A stretch of DNA of 20,388 nucleotides from the IMG/VR virus record IMGVR_UViG_2734482534_000001; one strand, written 5' to 3'. The notes beneath the pieces were generated by a model, which ran no database searches, was not told where the DNA came from, and worked only from the letters and a program-made list of their open reading frames with translations. Shown here in pieces: positions 12,030-20,388 of this stretch. The translations under genes were made by a program, and so were the position numbers. The stretch comes from a virus (lineage: Duplodnaviria > Heunggongvirae > Uroviricota > Caudoviricetes). Numbering within the stretch: position 1 is the first letter of the stretch; every line of letters begins with the position of its first letter.

Positions 12030-12070
12030 GAACTCCTCCACAGAGAGAAAATGGCCCCGAAGGGCCATGA

Positions 12071-13096
12071 TTACGCCAGTTGAACGGACACGAACTCATC
12101 AGGATCAGCCAGCAGCATCAGCGGTGCTGACTGAATCATGGTGAACTCACGCGCCGGATCGCCGGTGGTCACCCAGTTTTTCGGGTAACGGGCAGAAGCG
12201 TTAATGCCTTCGCGCTGTGCGTCCGCATCCTGAATGCAGCCATAGGTGCGCAGACCGCGAGCCTGAGTGTTCCCCAGCACCATCGTGTTGTCCGGCAGGA
12301 AGTTCTTTTTGACGCCGTTTTCCACGTACTGTCCGGAATACACGACGATGGCCACATCGCCATACATTCCCTTATAGGACACCGCTTTGCCCAGGTCTTT
12401 TACCGCTGTCTCCAGCTCGGAATGAGAGCCGCGACGGGTATCCAGCTTCTCCTTGACGGCTTTGAAGGAACGGAACAGCGCCCAGCCTTTCGGGTCAAAC
12501 ACGATGATATTCACCACACCGCTGGCGTTCAGCGCGTAGGCTTCGATATCGTCGGTCGGGTCATACGTGGACTTGTCACGCTTGCTCCACTCCGTGACGC
12601 CGGACTGTGTGATGTTGTTCGCCGCACTGCGGCCCATATCCACCTCAACCGGATCGAAGGCTTCACCGGTCATGGTGTATTTGCCCTTGAGCACGGCAGA
12701 AACTGCCTGCATCTCTTCGACCTGAGCAATGGCCAGCTCTTCGTCACGCATGTTCTGCATGATGATGCGACGGCGGCGGTAAGCCGGGTCCGCCAGATTC
12801 TGCGGATCTTCATCCGGCAGGCGACGCAGGGTCATCTGCGGATTCACCTCATGCTTGGGTTTGACATATCCCGGCGTAAATTCAGAGGTGGAGCCGCCAC
12901 GGGAACGGATAACCTCACCGGAAACAATCGGCGAAACGTACAGCGCCATGTTTACCAGTCCCGGAATTTGTGAGAGATAGACTTTCTCCGTAGTGAAGGG
13001 ATAGCTCTCACGGAAAAAGAGACGCAGAAACAGCGGATCAAACTTAAATTTCTGCTCATTTGCCGCCAGCAGCTGGGCGGTTGTGTACATCGACAT
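12071..13096 (-). CDS. E: Major capsid protein E (341 aa)
   Basis: Within ORF 12071..13123 the lambda gpE N-terminus MSMYTTAQLLAANEQKFKFDPLFLRLFF starts at the ATG at 13094-13096; HK97-fold major capsid protein of lambda. Confidence 0.94.
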   Translation of the reverse strand: MSMYTTAQLLAANEQKFKFDPLFLRLFFRESYPFTTEKVYLSQIPGLVNMALYVSPIVSGEVIRSRGGSTSEFTPGYVKPKHEVNPQMTLRRLPDEDPQNLADPAYRRRRIIMQNMRDEELAIAQVEEMQAVSAVLKGKYTMTGEAFDPVEVDMGRSAANNITQSGVTEWSKRDKSTYDPTDDIEAYALNASGVVNIIVFDPKGWALFRSFKAVKEKLDTRRGSHSELETAVKDLGKAVSYKGMYGDVAIVVYSGQYVENGVKKNFLPDNTMVLGNTQARGLRTYGCIQDADAQREGINASARYPKNWVTTGDPAREFTMIQSAPLMLLADPDEFVSVQLA

Positions 13097-13151
13097 AAAA
13101 AAATCCCGTAAAAAAAGCCACACAGGCGGCCTTTAGTGATGAAGGGTAAAG

Positions 13152-13484
13152 TTAAACGATGCTGATTGCCGTTCCGGCAAACACGGTCCGTTTTTTCGTC
13201 TCGTCGCTGGCAGCCTCCGGCCAGAGCACATCCTCATAACGGAACGTGCCGGACTTGTAGAACGTCAGTGTGGTGCTGGTCTGGTCAGCAGCAACCGCAA
13301 GAATGCCAACGGCAGCACCGTCGGTGGTGCCATCCCACGCAACCAGCTTACGGGTGGAGGTGTCCAGCATCAGCGGGGTCATTGCAGGCGCTTTCGCACT
13401 CAATCCGCCGGGCGCGGTTGCGGTATGAGCCGGGTCACTATTGCCCAGCGGCTGGTAATGGGTAAAGGTTTCTTTGCTCGTCAT
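13152..13484 (-). CDS. D: Capsid decoration (head stabilisation) protein D (110 aa)
   Basis: Within ORF 13152..13490 the lambda gpD N-terminus [12 protein letters not shown] starts at the ATG at 13482-13484; ends ...FAGTAISIV. Confidence 0.94.
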   Translation of the reverse strand: MTSKETFTHYQPLGNSDPAHTATAPGGLSAKAPAMTPLMLDTSTRKLVAWDGTTDGAAVGILAVAADQTSTTLTFYKSGTFRYEDVLWPEAASDETKKRTVFAGTAISIV

Positions 13485-13493
13485 AAACATCCC

Positions 13494-14099
13494 TTACACT
13501 GGTGTGTTCAGCAAATCGTTAACGGCATCAGATGCCGGGTTACCTGCAGCCAGCGGTGCCGGTGCCCCCTGCATCAGACGATCCAGCGCAGTGTCACTGC
13601 GCGTCTGTGCACTCTGTGGTGCTGCGGCCAGAATACGGCGGGCCGTTTCCACGGTCATACCGGGGGTTTCGGCCAGCACGCGTGCCTGTTCTTCGCGTCC
13701 GTGAGCCTCCTCACAGTTGAGGATCCCCATAATGCGACTGTTTTCTGCCGCAACCGCTGCGGTGATCTGCGCGTTCACGTCCGGCTGCGCCGCGCTGGCG
13801 TTCTCGCCCTCCGTCGCTTGCACCACGCCAGTAACGTCAGCCTGCGAAGCAGTGGCTGAAACAGTTGTTGATTGAGTCTCTTTGGTCATTCGCCCTCCTG
13901 AGAGACGGGATTTACGTGCATCCAGTGCATCACGCATGACGGTGATCGCATCGGTACTGTTAACAAGTTCATCAGCCAGTCCGGCATCAATGGCCTCCTG
14001 ACCGCTGTACACTGCAGCCTCGGTATCCAGCACAGCCTGCACGGACAGGCCGGTATATGCCGACACCTTCTGTGCAAACATCCGGCGGGTTGCATCCAT
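13494..14099 (-). CDS. Nu3: Scaffolding protein Nu3 (201 aa), in-frame internal start within C
   Basis: Internal ATG at 14097-14099 begins MDATRRMFAQKVSAYTGL..., sharing frame and stop with C; in lambda Nu3 is the C-terminal 201 aa of the C reading frame (recalled). Confidence 0.8.
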   Translation of the reverse strand: MDATRRMFAQKVSAYTGLSVQAVLDTEAAVYSGQEAIDAGLADELVNSTDAITVMRDALDARKSRLSGGRMTKETQSTTVSATASQADVTGVVQATEGENASAAQPDVNAQITAAVAAENSRIMGILNCEEAHGREEQARVLAETPGMTVETARRILAAAPQSAQTRSDTALDRLMQGAPAPLAAGNPASDAVNDLLNTPV

Positions 14100-14793
14100 C
14101 CGGGACTGCAATGTTTCCCGGACATCATCCGGTAGATGGCTGTAGGGGTTGCCATCCACCTTATGGCTGCCGCTGTAAATCAGCGTGATTTCCACGCCCT
14201 GTTTCTCCAGTGCAGCGCCGTAATTACTGTGAGCCATCATGACGCCGATGGAGCCTGTCCGGGCGGTCTGCGTGACCAGACGCCGGGAGGCGGCACTGGC
14301 AAGCAGCTGACCTGCGCTGCAGTTCATGTCATTGGCCAGCGCCCATACCGGCTTTATGTCACGCACACGGGCGATGATGTCAGCGCAGTCAAATGCTCCC
14401 GCCACCATTCCGCCCGGTGTGTCCATATCGAGCAGAATGCCGTCCACCATCGGGTCGCTGGCAGCCTGTTGCAGACGGGCGATAATGCCGTTGTAACCGG
14501 TCATCCCCGAGTACGGCTGCAGCGCCCGCGTCCGGCTGACCAGCGTGCCGGACACCGGCAGCACGGCGATGCCGTTCATTACCTGATAACTGCGGGCCTG
14601 TCGTGGTCCGTCATCATCACCGGATAACGCCAGCGCCGCGGGTGCCTCTCCGGCAGTCAGGCTGTCGCCGGATACTGCATCCGTCAGGCAGCTGATCCCA
14701 AGCTGGCCTGCAAGCGCACAAAAGAAAACCCGCGCATAGGCGGGTTCAAGCATCAGCGGCTCATTAAAAGCCATGCTGGCAATATGCGGGAGA

Positions 14794-14813
<20 letters not shown>
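13494..14813 (-). CDS. C: Head maturation protease / minor capsid protein C (439 aa, S49/ClpP-like), apparent GTG start
   Basis: ORF 13494..14948 contains the lambda gpC sequence from VTAELRNLPHIASMAFNEPLMLEPAY; the codon at 14811-14813 is GTG, 14 nt after the B stop. The upstream 45 codons of the open frame overlap B and are probably untranslated. Confidence 0.88.
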
Positions 14814-18507
<3,694 letters not shown>

Positions 18508-18533
<26 letters not shown>

Positions 18534-19053
18534 TCAGCAACCCCGGTATCAGTTCATCCAGCGCGGCTGCTTTGTTCATGGCTTTGATGATATCCCGTTT
18601 CAGGAAATCAACATGTCGGTTTTCCAGTTCCGGAAAACGCCGCTGCACCGACAGGGGGATCCCGTCGAGAATACTGGCAATTTCACCTGCGATCCGCGAC
18701 AGCACGAAAGTACAGAATGCGGTTTCCACCACTTCAGCGGAGTCTCTGGCATTTTTCAGCTCCTGTGCGTCGGCCTGCGCACGCGTAAGTCGATGGCGTT
18801 CGTACTCAATAGTCCCTGGCTGGAGATCTGTCTCGCTGGCCTGCCGCAGTTCTTCAACTTCCCGGCGCAGCTTTTCGTTCTCAATTTCAGCATCCCTTTC
18901 GGCATACCATCTTATAACGGCGGCAGAGTCATAAAGCACCTCATTACCCTTGCCACCGCCTCGCAGAACGGGCATTCCCTGTTCCTGCCAGTTCTGAATG
19001 GTACGGATACTCGCACCGAAAATGTCAGCCAGCTGCTTTTTGTTGACTTCCAT
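18508..19053 (-). CDS. Nu1: Terminase small subunit Nu1 (181 aa)
   Basis: ORF 18508..19053 (MEVNKKQLADIFGASIRTIQNWQEQGMPVLRGGGKGNEVLYDSAAVIRWYAERDAEIENEKLRREVEEL...) matches lambda Nu1, with its N-terminal winged-HTH region; ATG lies about 178 bp from the cosN 12-mer as in lambda. Confidence 0.95.
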
Positions 19054-19074
19054 TGTTCATTCCACGGACAAAAA

Positions 19075-19192
19075 CAGAGAAAGGAAACGACAGAGGCCAA
19101 AAAGCCCGTTTTCAGCACCTGTCGTTTCCTTTCTTTTCAGGGGGTGTTTTAAATAAAAACATTAGGTTACGGCGAAGAAGAACGGAAACGCC
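19075..19192 (-). other. cosB: terminase (Nu1) binding elements R1 (19075-19093), R2 (about 19118-19135), R3 (19173-19192) with the AT-rich I1 (IHF) region at about 19141-19170
   Basis: Reverse complements of cagagaaaggaaacgacag, cctgtcgtttcctttc and cgaagaagaacggaaacgcc give the lambda R-element cores CTGTCGTTTCCTTTCTCTG, GAAAGGAAACGACAGG and GGCGTTTCCGTTCTTCTTCG as recalled, in the lambda order and spacing relative to the Nu1 start. Confidence 0.85.
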
Positions 19193-19230
19193 TTAAACCG
19201 GAAAATTGTCATAAATAGCGAAAACCCGCG

Positions 19231-19253
19231 CGCCTTCCGCCCCGTAACCTGTC
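19231..19253 (-). other. cosN-equivalent 12-mer (19231-19242) with the conserved right-end flank CGACAGGTTACG (19243-19253)
   Basis: In lambda orientation the window reads GACAGGTTACG GGGCGGAAGGCG CGCGGGTTTTCGC. Lambda as recalled is GACAGGTTACG GGGCGGCGACCT CGCGGGTTTTCGC, so both flanks are identical and the 12-mer differs at five of its last six positions. Confidence 0.7.
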
Positions 19254-19441
19254 GGATCGCCGGAAAGGACCCGCAAAATGATAATAATTATCATCTACAT
19301 GTCACAACGTGCATCTACGCCATCAAACCACGTCAAATAATCAATTATGACGCAGGTATCGTATTAATTGATCTGCATCAACTTAACGTAAAAACAACTT
19401 CAGACAATACAAATCAGCGACACTGAATACAGGGCAACCTC

Positions 19442-19675
19442 ATGTCAACGAAGAACAGAACCCGCAGAACAACAACCCGCAACATCCGCTTTCCTAACCA
19501 AATGATTGAACAAATTAACATCGCTCTTGTTCAAAAAGGGTCCGGGAATTTCTCAGCCTGGGTCATTGAAGCCTGCCGCCGGAGACTGTGCTCAGAAAAA
19601 AGAGTTTCGCCTGAAGCAAACAAAGAAAAGAGTGACATTACTGAATTGCTCAGAAAACAGGTTAGACCAGATTGA
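19442..19675 (+). CDS. Small basic hypothetical protein (77 aa), possible ribbon-helix-helix (Arc/CopG-like) DNA-binding fold
   Basis: ORF 19442..19675; Arg/Thr-rich N-terminus, then NIRFPNQMIEQINIALVQKGSGNFSAWVIEACRRRL, which resembles a beta-strand/helix/helix RHH pattern. Weak Shine-Dalgarno sequence, AT-rich context, opposite orientation to the terminase genes. Fold assignment is by eye only. Confidence 0.5.
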   Translation: MSTKNRTRRTTTRNIRFPNQMIEQINIALVQKGSGNFSAWVIEACRRRLCSEKRVSPEANKEKSDITELLRKQVRPD

Positions 19676-19732
19676 AGCAATTTAGATAATCGTGCAGACT
19701 ACGCCCCCTCATATCACATGGAAGGTACTACA

Positions 19733-20143
19733 ATGGCTCAGGTTGCCATTTTTAAACAAATATTCGATAAAGTGCGAAATAATTTAAACTATCACTGGTT
19801 TTATTCTGAACTAAAACGTCACAATGTCTCACATTACATTTACTATTTAGCCACAGAGAATATTCATCTTGTTCTTGAAAACGATAATACGGTTTTAATA
19901 AAAGGACAGGGTAAGGTTGTAAATGTAAGATTTTCAAAAAATAAATGCCTTATAGAAGCCACCTTAAAAGGATTCAAATCAGGAGAGTTATCATTTTACG
20001 AATACAGGAAAAATCTTGCTACAGCAGGGGTTTTCAGATGGATTACAAATATCCACGAAAACAAAAGGTATTACTATACCTTTGATAATTCATTACTCTT
20101 TACTGAGAACATACAGAACACTACACAAATATTTCCGCACTAA
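19733..20143 (+). CDS. AT-rich accessory (moron-type) gene, 136 aa hypothetical protein; possibly DUF1398/YbcV-like (unverified)
   Basis: ORF 19718..20143; the ATG at 19733 is preceded by GGAAGG at a suitable distance, so this is the likely start. GC content by eye is roughly one third, against over one half in the structural genes. Position (cos-proximal, opposite strand to Nu1) and size match the ybcV-type gene slot of lambdoid prophages as recalled; two Tyr-rich segments ([17 protein letters not shown]) suggest an internal repeat. Confidence 0.6.
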   Translation: MAQVAIFKQIFDKVRNNLNYHWFYSELKRHNVSHYIYYLATENIHLVLENDNTVLIKGQGKVVNVRFSKNKCLIEATLKGFKSGELSFYEYRKNLATAGVFRWITNIHENKRYYYTFDNSLLFTENIQNTTQIFPH

Positions 20144-20151
20144 ATCATAAC

Positions 20152-20180
20152 GTCCGGTTTCTTCCGTGCCAGAACCGGAC
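20152..20180. terminator. Candidate stem-loop just downstream of the 136-aa gene (8-bp stem gtccggtt / aaccggac, 13-nt loop)
   Basis: Perfect 8-bp inverted repeat at 20152-20159 and 20173-20180, starting 9 nt after the stop codon; there is no clear U-tract, so intrinsic-terminator function is uncertain. Confidence 0.25.
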
Positions 20181-20388
20181 TCGCTGGCATGATGAAATAT
20201 GTGTACCCGGTAACCCCGGTGTGCATCGTTTTTGATTATTCCCGCACACTCGCGCAGAAGGAGTTCCCCGTCGGGCTACGGTCTCTGTTAATACGGGAAT
20301 ACGGCGACGATTGGATTTGCCCCTATATTTCCAGACATCTGTTATCACTTAACCCATTACAAGCCCGCTGCCGCAGATATTCCCGTGG

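Noticed and set aside
13425-14627. Plus-strand ORFs 13425..13859 and 14136..14627
   Set aside because: Antisense to C/Nu3, with no independent signal; the minus-strand C gene explains the region.
18572-19152. Plus-strand ORFs 18572..18934 and 18613..19152, and minus-strand ORF 18912..19118
   Set aside because: They overlap Nu1 and the cosB R-elements in other frames or strands; lambda has no such genes, and the R-site repeats account for the sequence.
20145-20348. Minus-strand ORF 20145..20348 (67 aa)
   Set aside because: No ribosome-binding site, and an Arg/Cys-rich translation; the region looks like intergenic or regulatory sequence beyond the 136-aa gene. Not called as a gene.

Overview
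This window is the late (head and tail morphogenesis) region of a lambda-like prophage, lying reverse-complemented so that almost every gene is on the minus strand. In transcription order (high to low coordinate) it reads Nu1-A-W-B-C/Nu3-D-E-FI-FII-Z-U-V-G-T-H-M-L-K-I-J, with J running off the left edge. The cos site (cosB R1/R2/R3 and a cosN 12-mer) sits at about 19075-19253, and beyond it on the plus strand is a short AT-rich accessory segment with two small genes. Gene identities were recognised from the six-frame translations by recall of phage lambda proteins; no database search was run. Five N-runs (832-1081, 3270-3519, 3949-4198, 4481-4605, 15232-15534) interrupt J, the K/I region and B and behave like scaffold gaps of arbitrary length. 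I do not see a novel biological system here. The items worth a second look are a cosN 12-mer that differs from the lambda cohesive end, extra divergent fragments of K and I between gaps, and the two cos-proximal accessory genes.
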